Assembly: GCF_020745735.1 (NCBI RefSeq)
Contig: NC_083422.1
Location: 20,956,001 to 21,020,000 of the forward strand
DNA: 64,000 nt
Source of the DNA: Hemiscyllium ocellatum
Lineage: Eukaryota
Direction: 5' to 3'
Each line of letters opens with the position of its first letter. Position 1 is the first letter of the stretch. Shown piece after piece: positions 49,579 through 63,135 of this stretch. The notes beneath the pieces were generated by a model. The model made no database searches and was not told the DNA's origin. It saw nothing but the letters and a program-made list of their open reading frames with translations. Position numbers and translations under genes: made by a program.

Positions 49579-50325
49579 GAAGATAAAAATGACACAACAT
49601 CAGGTTATAGTCCAACAGGTTTATTTGTAAGTGCTAGCTTTTAGAGCATTGCTCTTTCATCAGGTAGCTAGTGGAGCAGGATCATAGGACATAGAATTTA
49701 TAGTAAAAGAGCAAAGTGTCATAGAACTGATGCAATGTATTGAACAAACTTAGTCTGCTGTTAAGTATTTAATCAATTAGAATGGGTTGCAGGGTTCCAT
49801 TCATTAATATGTAAATCCCAAACGTCTTTCAAGTCACATTCCCGAGATAACTTAAGGTTTCAAAAAAAAGGTGACATCTCAGCTCAGAAAATACATTAAA
49901 GGTGTGAGATTAGAGTCCGTCTGTATTCCAACCTTGAGTCAGACTGGTTCTATTTCCAAGGTAGGAGTTTATAAAACTGCCTTCACATTGTGTGCTTTGT
50001 GAACAAAATAGAATGTACCTGCAAATACAAATCTGCAAATGCAATTTCACCTCCTAGACTTATATGTGTGGGTGTGGGAGAGAGGGAGTGTGTGTGTGTA
50101 TGTGTGTGCGCGCGCGCGTGTGAGAGAGAGTGTCTGAGCTGAGATGTCACTTTTTTTTAAAACCTTAAGTTATCTTGTGAATGTGACTTGAAAGAAGTTC
50201 TGGGGTTTCTGTGTCCTATATTCCTGCACCATTTGCTACCTGACAAAGCAGCAGCGTTCTGAAAGCTAGTGTTTCCAAATAAACTTGTTGGACTATAAAC
50301 TGGTGTTGTGTGATTTTTAACTTTC
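49579..50325. repeat. Fold-back Penelope-derived element with inverted arms
   Basis: About 50132-50325 is an inverted copy of 49579-49888 lacking about 120 bp. Both arms carry decayed hammerhead motifs. A TG/CG microsatellite lies at about 50088-50130. Confidence 0.8.
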
Positions 50326-50510
50326 AATTATCAGGATTGCCTAGTTTCACCTCCACTACACCACCCTCTCTGCCCTGTCTCAGTTCATCTGCTGCATCTA
50401 GCTTTGACTATTTCAGGGCTTTTAGCTCCTTCCCTCCTTAAACTGGATCTCCTCCAAAATGTTACTTCTTGTGTCCTAACTCACCCCAAGTCCTGATCAT
50501 CTACCATAAT

Positions 50511-50846
50511 GGGCGGCATGGTGGCACATGGACGGCATGGTGGCACTGTGGTTAGCACTGCTGCCTCACAGCGCCTGAGACCCAGGTTCAATTCCCGACT
50601 CAGGTGACTGACTGTGTGGAGTTTGCACATTCTCCCCATGTCTGTGTGGGTTTCCTCCGGGTGCTCCAGTTTCCTCCCACAGTCCAAAGATGTGCGGGTC
50701 AAGTGAATTGGCCATGCTAAATTGCCCGTAGTGTTAGGTAAGGGGTAAATGTAGGGGTATGGGTGGGTTGCGCTTCGGCGGGTCGATGTGGACTTGTTGG
50801 GCCGAAGGGCCTGTTTCCACACTGTAAGTAATCTAATCTAATCTAA
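50511..50846 (+). mobile_element. V-SINE (HE1-like), young, with a duplicated 5' end
   Basis: CpG-rich full copy with an (AATCT)n tail. The first ~17 nt occur twice (50512-50527 and 50530-50546). Confidence 0.93.
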
Positions 50847-51080
50847 TTCTTGTTCATTAATATCCCTTACCCCCTAACAATGCCTAGATTTTAAAACCCC
50901 CATCCGTGGCTTCAAATCTCTTGGTCACATCAATCCCTGTAACCTCCTTCAGCCTCATAACTTTCTGAGGCATCTGTCCACCTCAACTTATGGCCTTTTG
51001 CATATCCCCAAATTCTCTCTCTAAAATTCTCCAACTTTATTCTCTGTTCTCTTTTAAAATATTACCTAAAAATTAACCCT

Positions 51081-53528
51081 TTGAAGGTCCCAGAGGACTG
51101 TGCTTCGTACAGGCCCATTTCACTCATATATGGACTTTAAAATCCTCTCTAAGATTCTTGCGTTAAGGCTGAAAACTGTGTTACCTTCTATTGTTAAAGA
51201 GGACCAGATGGGCTTCATAAAGGGCCGCAGATCCTCCAATAACATTAGGAGGCTGCTTAATATAATTCAAGCATGTCAATAACAGCCAATATAGGGATTG
51301 GTGATTTCTCTATTTGCAGAGAAGGCATTTGACCGAGTTGAGTGGCCGTAACTTTTCTATACTCTGGAGCGATTTGGCTTGGGCGAAGTCTTTGTAGGAT
51401 GGGTAAAGGTTCTCTACAGTGACCCTCTCGCTGCGGTCATCACCAGTGAGGTATGATGAAGCAATTTTAACAGTTTTAGGAGCAGCCAGCAGGGTTGTCC
51501 CCCTTCGCCATTGCTTTTTACATTGGTGATTGAACCATTGGCGGAGGTTATTCGTAGGGATCCTAATATATCCGCTCCAGAATTGGGGTCAAAATTACAT
51601 AAGATTTTGTTGTACGTGGACGATGTCCTAATTCTTTTGTCAAATCCAGCAGTTTCGGTGCCCTGCCTGTTACAATGCATTTGGCGCATTTTCGGGGATA
51701 CTAGATTAATCTTGCAAAGTCAGAAGCTATGCCTATGGATGGTCTTATGAAGGAGCTAGGTTTTGAGGGTGAACATCGATTCCCATTTTGGTGGTCACGG
51801 GGGTTTGTGTATTTGGGCATATTCATTACTCCAATTCTTGATCTGTTGTTCAAAACTAATTTTGTTCAATTATTTGACAAAATCAAACAAGATCTTCAAA
51901 GATGGGAGGCACTTCCGGTCTTGTGATTGGGTCAGATAGTGCTTATTAAGATGAATATTCTCTCCCGTTTGTTCTACGCTAGGTAGATGCTCCCCCGATT
52001 TCAATAAGCAAATATTCAGGAGAATGAAAGGCTCTTATTTGGTATCATAAGCGGCCCCTCATTAAGTTAGCTAAACTGCGATTGCCTCACAGATTGGCGG
52101 GGAATGGATGTCCCGGACATTAAAAGCTACCAACTAAGCTCACTTTTATCCTATGTGAATGATTGGGCCTGTGGGGGCGTCTTTCAATACGGTTAGGTAT
52201 TGAAACCGCTGAGGCTGGGTGGCCCCTTACTAGCTCGCTGTTTTTGGACAAAATGAGGACAATCAGGGAATATTGCCACAACCCAATAGTTATCAATACT
52301 GTTAAGGCATTTACGGCAACTCGGCAGAGGGATCACAATATTGGCAAAACATTTTCTCTTTCATCTATAGTTGGTATGCTGGGTTTTCAACCAGGAATAA
52401 TAGATTCAGGATTCGAACATTGGGCAGCTAGGGGTGTGTCTTGCATGGGCGATTTATTTGAGGGAGACACAATGATGTCCTTTTGATCAGTTAGCATGGA
52501 AATACGAGCTATCTAACAGGGGCCTCTTCTGTTTTTCTCAAGTTAGGGATTTTATTCAAAACAAAATTACACTTTTGACAGATCCTTACACATCTGACGT
52601 AGACAGGAGAGTGCTCAGTGCTAAGAGTACACTTTCTGTCAGCACTTTTTTCATCAATTGGGGGTGCCCCCTCAGATGAGTTCGATCGACTCCACAGGGC
52701 GTGGGAGAGAGAGCTAGGTGTTGAAGTTTCCTCAGCAGCGTGGGAAGATATTTGGGAAAATGCAAAAAAGATATAAATTTGCCATAGGACCCATGCTTTA
52801 CAGTTGATGATTCTCCACAGTGTCCACATGGCTCTGAACCATTTGTCAAAATTTAAACCAGGGGTATCTTCAGCATGTCCCAAGTGCAAGGTCTGTATGG
52901 GCACTCTTACCCATTGTCTCTGGTCCTCTGATCCTTCCTACTTCACACTGTCCAGTGTATTCCCTGTAGATGCATGTACGAAAACACTTTTCAACATCCT
53001 CACTTTCTACACAAGAAAGAATATCTTGCTCGGTTGGTTATCCGTAAAACCTCCCGTGCTTGTCGGGTTGGCGGAAGATTGTTATGGAGCATATCCCCTT
53101 GGATTTTCTCACAACTATGGTACACCATAAAACTGACACTATTTCTAAGATATAACAGCCCTTTTTGGATTACCTGGACACAGATTTATCTGCCATGCTA
53201 ATAAGGGCTTTTAAATAACCATTACAATTGTAATTTACGAGTCCAATAACCAGAGAGGAGCAACTGCAAATGTATCACTGTCTTATTTGGCTGGATTGAG
53301 TTATTACTATCTATCAGTTTTGTTGTTGGTTATTATTTAGTTAGTTAAATAGTTTGTTTTGTTTTCTTATTTTTTTTATATATATTTATACATTTGTACA
53401 AGAGGGTGAATTGGGTTTTTCCTTTTCTTGTGTTCTTTCTTTGTATTGTTTTGAATTGTATTGTTTTGAATTTGTGGTAATATTTAACAAATAGATTTTT
53501 TCAATAGAAATATATTTAAAAAATAAAA
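51081..53528 (+). mobile_element. L1-clade LINE, 5'-truncated ORF2 and 3'UTR
   Basis: DFKILSKILALRLKTVLPSIVKEDQMGFIKGR, QQGCPLSPLLFTLVIEPLA, ILLYVDDVL and a C-terminal CPKCKVCMGTLTHCLW. The T-rich 3'UTR ends in an A-rich tail. Confidence 0.92.
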
Positions 53529-53719
53529 TTATCCCTTTAATTATGCCTTTGCTCTCATGACCAAATGTTTACTTGTAGAGTTTGGTGTTAATTTTTGACA
53601 TCATGCTCCAGTATAATTGGAAGTGAGAAGAATCATAGGAGCAGTAGCCCATTCAGTTGCTCAAGCATCCGCCACTGAATGGATGGATTGTATCATACCC
53701 CAACTGATCTGCCCCTCCA

Positions 53720-54420
53720 CTCATAATCCTTCATGAGCTTTATTCATTCATAGAATATGGGCATCATTAACAAGTGAAGGATTTATTCCCAAGTTGCTTT
53801 TGAATGTGTTTTGTTAATCTGTCTTCTTAGACCATAATCATCAGTATGGTAAAAGTACTCCTCCGATGTGCCGTAGCTTGTTCCATTGGGGATTGGCCCT
53901 GGGATTTTCACTCAGTGACAATGAAGGAATTGTGAAATATTTCCAAATCAGGATGATTTGGTGCATTGTGGAGGAAAATTTGGGGATCATAACATTTCCC
54001 TATGCTTGTTGACTATGTCCTTCTGGATGATAACTGTTGTGGGTTTAGATGGTGGTATCAGAAGAGTCTTGGCAAGAGGTGACACACACAATGTAGCAGC
54101 CAAGGAGCACCATTGCTGCAAGAAGTGGTGAATTTAAGTTGGTGGATAGGGTGCTAATCAAGTGGATTGCTTTGTCTTGGATGAACACTCCTCTAGAAGG
54201 TGGAGGTCTGGGTGGAGGTCTCGCTGCAGAAAGCAAATCATAATGCTACCAAGCAAGTTGGTTATCAATGTGTAAATCTTTCCAATATGCCAATGCCAGG
54301 CAGTAAGAGTAAGATGGCTTCCTGGCCAGCCAGAAGCCAGCAGTAGCTGCATTACAACATCTATTCCCCTGTTAAGAGATTCTGTATGCAGGTTTTTGCC
54401 TTGAGCAAACATCATTCTCA
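53720..54420 (-). mobile_element. Decayed CR1/L2-clade LINE 3' fragment
   Basis: Reverse complement resembles 21830-22500. Confidence 0.6.
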
Positions 54421-55329
54421 CTCCTAAAATCTACAATACATTCAGTCAGACAAGTTGAGAGTATTCTGTCAGACTCCTGACCTGTAACTTTTAGATCACG
54501 AGAAGGCTTTTGAATGCCAGATACTATAATGACCAGGGAAAGAGCTCAATTAGAACTAAAGACTCACAATTTAAGACTTTGAAGACTCTGAATTTTAAGA
54601 TTTTGTCTTAAATTGTCTTTGTCTTTTAAATTATTTTTCTTTATTATATCATCATGGAAGGACTGTTATTCTGAATTTTTTATTTCTTTATTTTTCTAAT
54701 TTATTACTATGACTTCTCACTATTGAAGGTCTGAAATGCTAGACTGTTTTCTTCATTTTTTTTCCTGAGAATTTTTATTTAAGAATCTGTCTCTAGGTAC
54801 CTTGGCACCTAAGATGGCGACATAAGGGTAACTTGTAAACTTTTCACTATGAGTACAAATGATAATAAACTTAATTCAATTCAATTCAATCCAAATGACA
54901 GGGGAAAGAGCTCACTTAGAAATAAAGATGCATAATTTAAACTTTTCACTATGAGTACATATGATAATAAAGCTAATTCACTTCAATTCAAATCCCCAGT
55001 ACCTGTTCCAAGGGTATTTAAAAAAGTGCCGATTGATTGATAAATGATTGTAATTTTCCAAAATTCTAGATTCTGGAAAAATCCAATCATAATTTTTTTC
55101 AAGAAAATATGGATACAGAATTTAAGGATTTTCAGGGACATTATTAACATGGATTTGGGACTTCCTTACCAGCAGAAATCAGGAATGAAATGGAATAAGA
55201 AATCATCCTCTCTGAAAGATGTACTGATGGGTTGCTCCTGGGAGTTGTGCTGTGAACTTTCCTTATCTTGGTATACAATTAGTTAACAAGCAGTTTGTGA
55301 CTATTCACAGAAGACTGAATGGTTTACGT

Positions 55330-56040
55330 GTCAGAGAAAATTGAGATCATAAAAAATCACTGCGAAATGATCTTCTGGAATGGAAAAAATGAGGGGTGGT
55401 GCTCAACAAGAAAAAAATGTTGTGTCATGCGCATCCCCAATTAAAAAAAAACAACAGATATCTTTAGTTTGTGTAAGAAAATTCTCCAACAGGTAGATAT
55501 GCGACCATGACTGAGGGGTTTATGTTAAAAATAATCTTCAATGAAAATTCCACATTCTGCAGATAAGTTCCACAGTAACCAGAGGTCAGACTTCTTCGGA
55601 GGAATTTTTGTTATTGCATCAAAAATATCAGAATTACAGCTTATGACACACTGGTTTGTTCAATGGCAGAATATGTAAGTGTTTGTGGGATCCGTGTACA
55701 TTGCGAGATATAAATAAGATTGAAACAATTCAAAGCTGTGCTGCATAGTTCTGCATGAAGCAGTATGGGAGATACAACAGTGCTGCATCATTGATCAAAG
55801 ATTTGGAGTGAGATTCACAACAGCAAAGGAAGAAGAACGTGAGACTGACCATTTTCTATAAAATATGGAACAGACAGGTGGGAATTGATAGAATCATGTG
55901 CCTTCTAGCCTCTGATAGTGATAAAGAACAAGGCAGGTATCTGCACAAATTTCAAAGAGTGGTTGTTTCCAAGGTAGTGCATCAAAAATCTTTCTTCTCA
56001 GGGCTATTCCCAAAATGGAACAAGCTGCTAAAGGAAACAG
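55330..56040 (+). mobile_element. Ancient CR1-clade RT C-terminus of a different lineage from the dominant CR1
   Basis: TAYDTLVCSMAEY..WDPCTLRDINKIETIQSCAA*FCMKQYGRYNSAASLIKDLE*DSQQQRKKNVRLTIFYKI. Confidence 0.6.
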
Positions 56041-59000
56041 TCACAGCTTCACTACTTCACATTATCAGAATCCAACTTCAACTTAATTCCATTTAAAAGT
56101 TTTCAATATCAGGACTATCCTTTCAGCAGCTAATACTAAAGAGTCAAATATGATACGAGAGAAAACATTTCAGACAACAAGTGGCTTGGTTTTGGAATGC
56201 ACTGTCTGAAAGTGAAGTGGAGGCAAATGCAATCAATGAAATGAACATGGCATTAACTGATTGTTTGAACAGAAACACTGCGCAGGGTTACAGGGAAAGA
56301 ACAGGGGACTCAGTTATGGTGCTCATTTGAAGAGCTGATGCAGAAACTGGTGGGATGGGGAGCTAATTGGCCTAGGGCACTGTGACAATTCTGTGATGTA
56401 CAATTTTGCTCTCTTTACTTAACAAAGGATATACTTGAGTTAGAAACTGTTCTGAGAATGTCTACTTATCTAATTCTTGAAATGAAGGAATTATTTTATG
56501 AGGAAAGTTTGGGTCTATACCAATTACAACTTGAAGAATGAGAAGTAATCTTATTGAAGCATATGAGAACATTTGAGGGAGTTTGATATTGACAGGATGT
56601 TAACCTCTTGTGGGGCATCTAGAACTAGAGAACATATTTTAAAAATAAGGGGTCTTCCATTTAAGATGGAGTTGGGAAGAAATGTCTTCTCAAAGAGAGT
56701 TGTTAGCCTTTGCAGCTCTTATCCATTGCAATCAGCAGTGACACGATAATGAATATTTTTAAGGCTGTGATAGATACGTTCTTCATGAGAAGCCAGCAAA
56801 AGGATTTAGTGGTAAGGACAGGAAAGTGGAGTTGAGACCATAAACAGCCACAATCTACTCAAATGATGGAGAAACACAAAGGACTCAATGGCCTACTCCT
56901 TCTCCTCAGCATATGTTATTCTCTACATAAGTGCATTGGAGAGTTATTCACCACAGGATATTTGACCTGCTTTCATCACAGAATTCCTAGCCTCTAATGG
57001 GTCTTGTCACCAAAGTGTTTATATGGTTGACTGTTGTCCAGTTTTTTTGACGTGGACAGTGTCATTGTTGAGCAACTGCGAATGGAATGGAATATTATAC
57101 AATCATCAGTGAATATTCCCACTTCTTAACTTGTGGTGGAGAGAAGAGCATTGAGGAAGCAGTTGAAGATGGTGTTCCAACCCACTGGGATAGTGTGCCA
57201 TACATTGAGCTGGAGTTGTATTTAAGGTTTTTTTAAGGCACATAATATTCTCATTTACCAAACTTTCAGACCAAGGTTGATAGAAATTGCAGACCAGGTT
57301 TCAATACTAAATAAGAATGATTATTTATTATAAGTAATTACACTACAGCTGCAAGTAAACAGATATAACCCACATTTTAAAAATCCCCTTATAACCGCCC
57401 CCTAACATACAGCCAGACAAATAAATAGATTATTGGTGGAGCTAGAAAAACTGGGCAGTCAGTTCAGTTTTCTTTGCTTTCTGATTTTGATGTTGAAATG
57501 ACCCATCGTTGGCTGCCAGGCCCTGATGTTCAGATGCCTTTCTCTGGAAGCTTTCACTTGTGCAGTTTGCAGACAGACTAATTACTTGCAAAAATATCTT
57601 GAATTTGTCAGTTCAAAGTCACAGCTCACAACAACTACTCGAGGAAAGGTAACTGGTTTTCTTCTAGGGCTGTGTTATTCTGCACTCAGACACATGTGGC
57701 CTTGATGTCAAGGACAGTCTCTCTCACCTCACCACTGAAATTCAGCTCTTTAGTCTATGTTTGTATCTAGACTGTTAAAAAGTCTGAAGCAGAATGATAG
57801 CTCTGTCAATGACACCTTTTATAATTTTGCTGCTAGGGTGATGATTAGCTGGTGTGGATTTGCTGTACTTTTTGTGAATAAGACATTGTTGAGCAATTTT
57901 GCACTTTGTGTGGTTCATGTTGCAAATGTTTGGCTTGAGGTGTGGTTCTTTCCAGAGCACAAGTCTTCAACACAGCAGTTGTCAATTGTCAGGGTCCATA
58001 ATTTTTGCTATATTCAGTCACTCCACTCTATCTCGATATCCCATGGAGTGAATTAGATAGTTGCAAAAGCCTCAGACTTGCCTTGCATTCATGTACTAGG
58101 TTCCAAATTAATTTAACCTTCTCCTCTCAGCTGTTTAATTTTCCATCTTCCCTGTCTGAATATTGCAGGACTACAGACCTTTGATTTGATTTTACATTGA
58201 GCAACCAGTTAACTGTATCTAACGTTTGCTGCATTCACTGATGGGTATGCACGTTAACTAGTGTTGTAGTTTCACTGGGTTGAGATCTTAGTTTCATGTG
58301 CACCTGTAGCTGCGTCTTGCATGTTCTTTTACTCTCCTCACTGAGACATGATTATATTGACTGTAATGAGGCATTTACCAGGCAATGAGTTTACAAATAG
58401 TGGTGGATTGAAATTCTGCTGATCCTTAAAAACCATAGCATTTTCTGGAGGTACGGAAAGATTCATGATCCTTTGAGAGAGTAAAGTCCTCATTACCTGT
58501 GTTTGAAATGGTGTTTGTTCTGAATGGTCCTTGTTCTGAAACTATGCTACAAGCTCTCAATTTCCCATTGAGGGGATATATCCCCTCGGCGTCTACCCCG
58601 CTGAGCTATTTCAATAAGATCGTCTCTCATTCGCCTAAACTCCAGTGACAGAGGCTTAATCTACTCAACCTTTTCTCAAAAGGCAACCCTCTAACTTCAG
58701 AAATCAACTAAGTGAACCTTCTTTGTATGGTCTCCAAAACAAATAAATCATCATATAATAAAACTGTACTCTAGGTGTAATTTCACTAATGTTTGGTGCA
58801 GTTACATCAAGAGTTCTTCCTTTTACATCCATCCTCCTTGCAATAAGACCAACAGTTCATTTGCCCATTTACTCACTTGCTTTACTTGCATACTGTAGGA
58901 AGATTAAAGTTGCCAATTCACCAAGTCACAATGGCAATAATTCTGATGGGAGAGATGCTCATAAGGGCTATGTGAAGCATTGCTGTTGGATATAATATCT

Positions 59001-61639
59001 TGGGACAAATACAGAATGTAAAGTTGCGGCTGCAATTTGTCACTTTGTTCCTGGCACAGGCACAGAAGGTAGACTACATGCTGACAGTTCTTGTGGTTTT
59101 ATTTTGATCACAGCCTTGCAAAAGTCTCAACAATCTGGCTCACCTTTCAAAGTTACAGAAAATTATTTTTCTTCCTTGCTCAGTGCATCTGGATTTGGAT
59201 TTCACTGAGTCTGGATGTAAGAAAGGTTTGGCAAAGGTTTTTGCAGAATGACAAAATGACTGCAAGTGATGGAATTGGGTGTCCGCCTACCAATCAAGTA
59301 TCTTGCTCTTAGTTTTCCTGGAAAGCTTGTATATTGCCACCAAGGCAAACAGTTGAATAATTATAAAATCATACAATGATTAAAGCAAAGGAGAAGTGCT
59401 TCAATCGTGTTAGTCTATTGCAAAAGAAACTTTGTTAGTTCCAGACCTCTGCCTTTTCCCTTTCCCCTTGTAATTTTTGTTTTTTCTTCTGCTCATAAAG
59501 CAGAGGAAAGTAATGTACTGCTGCTGTTTCTGTTTCAGAGTTGTTGGAATTGATCTTTTTATTTCCCACCTATTGCTTACAATAAATTGTAGGTGAGCTC
59601 AGGGTTTCAGCATTCTAGCTGTGGCTGGAATCACTGTTGTGCCTCTGTGAAGCAGAGAACATCGTGGATAACACTTTTAGGGAGGTGGTCACACTGGAGG
59701 ATGGTAGAATACAAGCAGAAATTTTCTAATTTTCAATCAGATATTGTGTCTTTTATATGTACGTCACATGTTTCAAAATTCTTATAAAAGGTGGAAGTAA
59801 ATTTGCGAGGTGAGAGCAGAGACTGGTACGATTACATTTAAATGGCATCTACATCAGTACATGAATAGGAAAAACTTAGAGGGATATGGTCCAAGTGCTG
59901 GCAAATGGGATTAGGTTAATTTAAGGTACCTGGTCGCTATGGATGAATTAGACCGAAGGGTCTGTTTCTGTGCTGTACACCTCTATGACAAATTATTAAA
60001 CTACTCAATTTCACAGATGACAAGTGAACATAGACAGAACTAAACAAAGGGAAATCTGAATACTTACTTTAAATTAATTTGTCTCCTTGAAACATAGGAA
60101 AATAATCAATCCTGTGCTCTGTCAATTCCTTGGGCGTCTGGCTTGTTTTTGACATTTTTTTTTATTTTCAGATTACTTCTAACTGCAAAAAATGAGCTTT
60201 TGCTGGAGGTTAAGGACTCTGCGTCCTGGGTCTGTCAATTCCTTGGAATGCTATTGCTCCCTTGGTGTTGTTGAAAACACATCTCACTGTTTACATTTTC
60301 TGACGAAAAGTAATTGAACTGAAATTTTCAGCCTAGTTTCCTTGTTCCACAGATGTTGCTGTATACAGCTGAAGGTTGCCGACATTTTCAGATTTTATTT
60401 CGATTTCCATCATTCATGTTTTAACCATTAATTAAAAATGGTTACTCAAATGCCCTCTTTCTTAGGTTGTGAGATTCCAGAGGGTATATCATTACTATTC
60501 TACAGATAACTGGCAACTAGCCAAATAGTCCTGGGATAAACAAAATGCAACCTGGGAATTCCACTTCAAGTCATTCATCATTCTGACCTGAAAGTATATT
60601 GTTGTTCCTTCACTGTCCCTGAGTTGAAATCCTATACCTTCTGGCCCTATCAGCACTGTGGCTAATCCTATACCAGGTTGATGGCAGTGGTTCAAGAAGG
60701 TAGCTAATCAAGGAATTTAGGGCTGGGCACAAAATGCAACACTGCCATTCTATATATAAATTAATGAAAAGCCAAATGGTTGTCACTGTCTCTGTTGTGA
60801 ATTCCACAATGCTGTATCTTCTGGCTTCAGTATATATATAGTAAACTTTTGCTTTTGGACTTGTACAAATTAATTTTGTGTTCAACCCTTCAACTTAACT
60901 CATCCAGTCTTTGCCATTAGGAAAAGAACTGTTAACAAAGTAGTAAAGTGTGACAAACATATTAAGCCACCATTGATGATGAGAGTCGCCCTCAAGGTTA
61001 TGTTTCCATTCAGCTCAGGCAAATAGAAATTTTGTCTCTTGTTTAACTGTAAGAACAATCTTTGAAATGATCTTGGCTGGTTTTGACCCAGTTCCCAATA
61101 GGCATAGCCCGACAAAACAATGTACTAGAATTTTACAGCAAGTTGCATTAAGTTGGGAATCTCATTCCAAGAGGCCATAAGGTCAGAGTTTTGTAGCAAG
61201 CCAGTAAATTTACAGTGATGCATCATGGGATTTAAGGTATATTTTTGGAACTGACTAGCTGAAGCAACATGAGACATTTGGCTATGTGACACCCAGGACT
61301 CTCATTGTTTCTGTTGTTGAAGTAATCAAGAACATGAAACGTAGAAGCTAAATATAACCACATGGATATCAGTATGCTTAGCAGAAGTGAAAATTCTGTC
61401 TGAGCAATACTGTTAAAAATTAGCTCTAGTTGTCATCATACAAGGCAAAACAATGTTTTGATAATCACCAGTACTTTGAATTAAAATATATTTAGCTGTC
61501 GAATGAAACGTCATTGACTAACTTGGTCAACTGAGACTGCTTGATGTAAAATGGGGAAAAACTGATTGGTGAGCAATGGATAAGTCATTCTAAGTTATTC
61601 CGCTTACTGAAATTGTAATAAAACATTGATAAAGTTACT

Positions 61640-62600
61640 CACCAGAAGGTCAGCTCAGCCAAGTGGAAAGTACATCTGGATAATATGGAATGTCATAGGT
61701 GCACACCCTGTCCCAGATGATCAAATCTACAGAAGTTTGAGCTTAGGATTTTGTAATTTCAGCAGTGGCTGGAGTCACTGCTGTGTTTTTGTGAGGCAGA
61801 AAACTTCATGGATAGTAGGTTTAGGGAGGTAGCCACACTGAAGGGTAGGAGCATGCCGGCCCAGAGGGAATGGGTAACTGCCAAGCAGTCTAAGACATTG
61901 AACTGAACAAGTCACCTGAGTCTACTTGCCTTGCTGATCTGAATTTCCATTTTGGTTACTGGTGAGTGTGATGACTCATGATGGGAGTGCAGGTGGAGGC
62001 ATGCCTGTGGCACTGTGAGCATCTCAGCAGTATGCAGGAGGGGAAGGAAGAAGAGTGGAAGAGCATGACTTATGAGGCTTCCATCATCTCAGAGTCAGAA
62101 AGGATGCTCTGTGGCAGCAAAAGTCCAGGGTGACTCTTTTGCCTCCATGGTACAAGCATCGTGATGTCACCGAGTTGCGACAGTTAATCCTTGTGTGGAG
62201 TGAGTGAACTGCCAGAGGTTGTGGCGTGCATCGGTACCAACGGTATCGGTAAGAAGGGGGAAGAAGGCCTGAGAGTAGATTTTAGGAAATTAAGAAAAAC
62301 TAAAATGCAGGACCTAAAGAGTAGTAATCTCAGGACAATTCCCAGCGCTATGGTATTAGTGAATTTTGGGACAGGACGATTGATCAATTGACTTCATGTT
62401 GGAGAGTAGAAATAGGAGGAAAGGCAATGGATGTCTGTGGCAGTGGGACTGATATTTGGACAGACAGGCTGCACTTCAACAGGACTGGGATTAGTATCCT
62501 CTCAGGGAGATTTGCTACTGTTGTTTGAGAATGTCTGAATGAAACTATCAGGAGATTGGGAACCTGAGGGGTAGCTCAAATTGGAAGTAAAACTGAAAGC
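61640..62600 (+). mobile_element. CR1 ORF1 relic with an SGNH/GDSL esterase-like domain
   Basis: ORF 62191-62391 has PEVVACIGTNGIGKK (decayed PEVVVHIGTNDIG). The upstream LCEAENFMDSRFREV-type motif recurs at about 59600-59720. Confidence 0.7.
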
Positions 62601-62789
62601 AAGGAGTCGAAAAATGGCATTCAGGTGAAATGAAGACAAGTATCAGTAATGCTTAGAATGTGGAATAATGGCTAAAGGTAAAATGGTTAAAGGCATGCTA
62701 CCTGAAGGCACAACAAGGTAAATGATTTAAAGGCACAAATAGATTTAAATATGTCTCATCTAATTGCTATTATGGAAAAATGGCTGAGG

Positions 62790-63135
62790 TGTGACCAAAA
62801 GAGTATTGAGAATAGGAGTTGTGAGGTCATGTTGCAGCTGTGCAGGATGTTGATTAGGCCACTTTTGGCATATTGCGTGCAATTCTGGTCTTTCTATCGG
62901 AAGGATGTTGTGAAACTTGAAAGGGTTCAGAAAATATTTACAAGGATGTTGCCAGGGTTGGAGGATTTGAGCTATAGGGAGAGACTAAATAGGCTGGGGC
63001 TGTTTTCCCTGGAATGTCAGAGCCTGAGGGGTGGATGGGTATATGAATAGGAAGGGTTGAGAGGGATATGGTCTGCATCGACGAGTTAGACCGAAGAACC
63101 TGTTTCCGTGCTGTACATTTCTATGACTATGACTA
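62790..63135 (+). mobile_element. CR1 3' fragment
   Basis: LIRPLLAYCVQFWSFYRKDVVKLERVQKIFTRMLPGLEDLSYRERL; (ATGACT)n tail. Confidence 0.9.

Noticed and set aside
50511-50600. tRNA gene
   Set aside because: The A/B-box-like sequence is the tRNA-derived head of a V-SINE and continues into the SINE body and tail. The same holds for the other copies.
59590-59720. Possible DNTT exon 3, or a duplicated exon similar to 61760-61850
   Set aside because: It translates to CLCEAENIVDNTFREVVT, a CR1 ORF1 motif, and lacks the TdT YACQRR signature.
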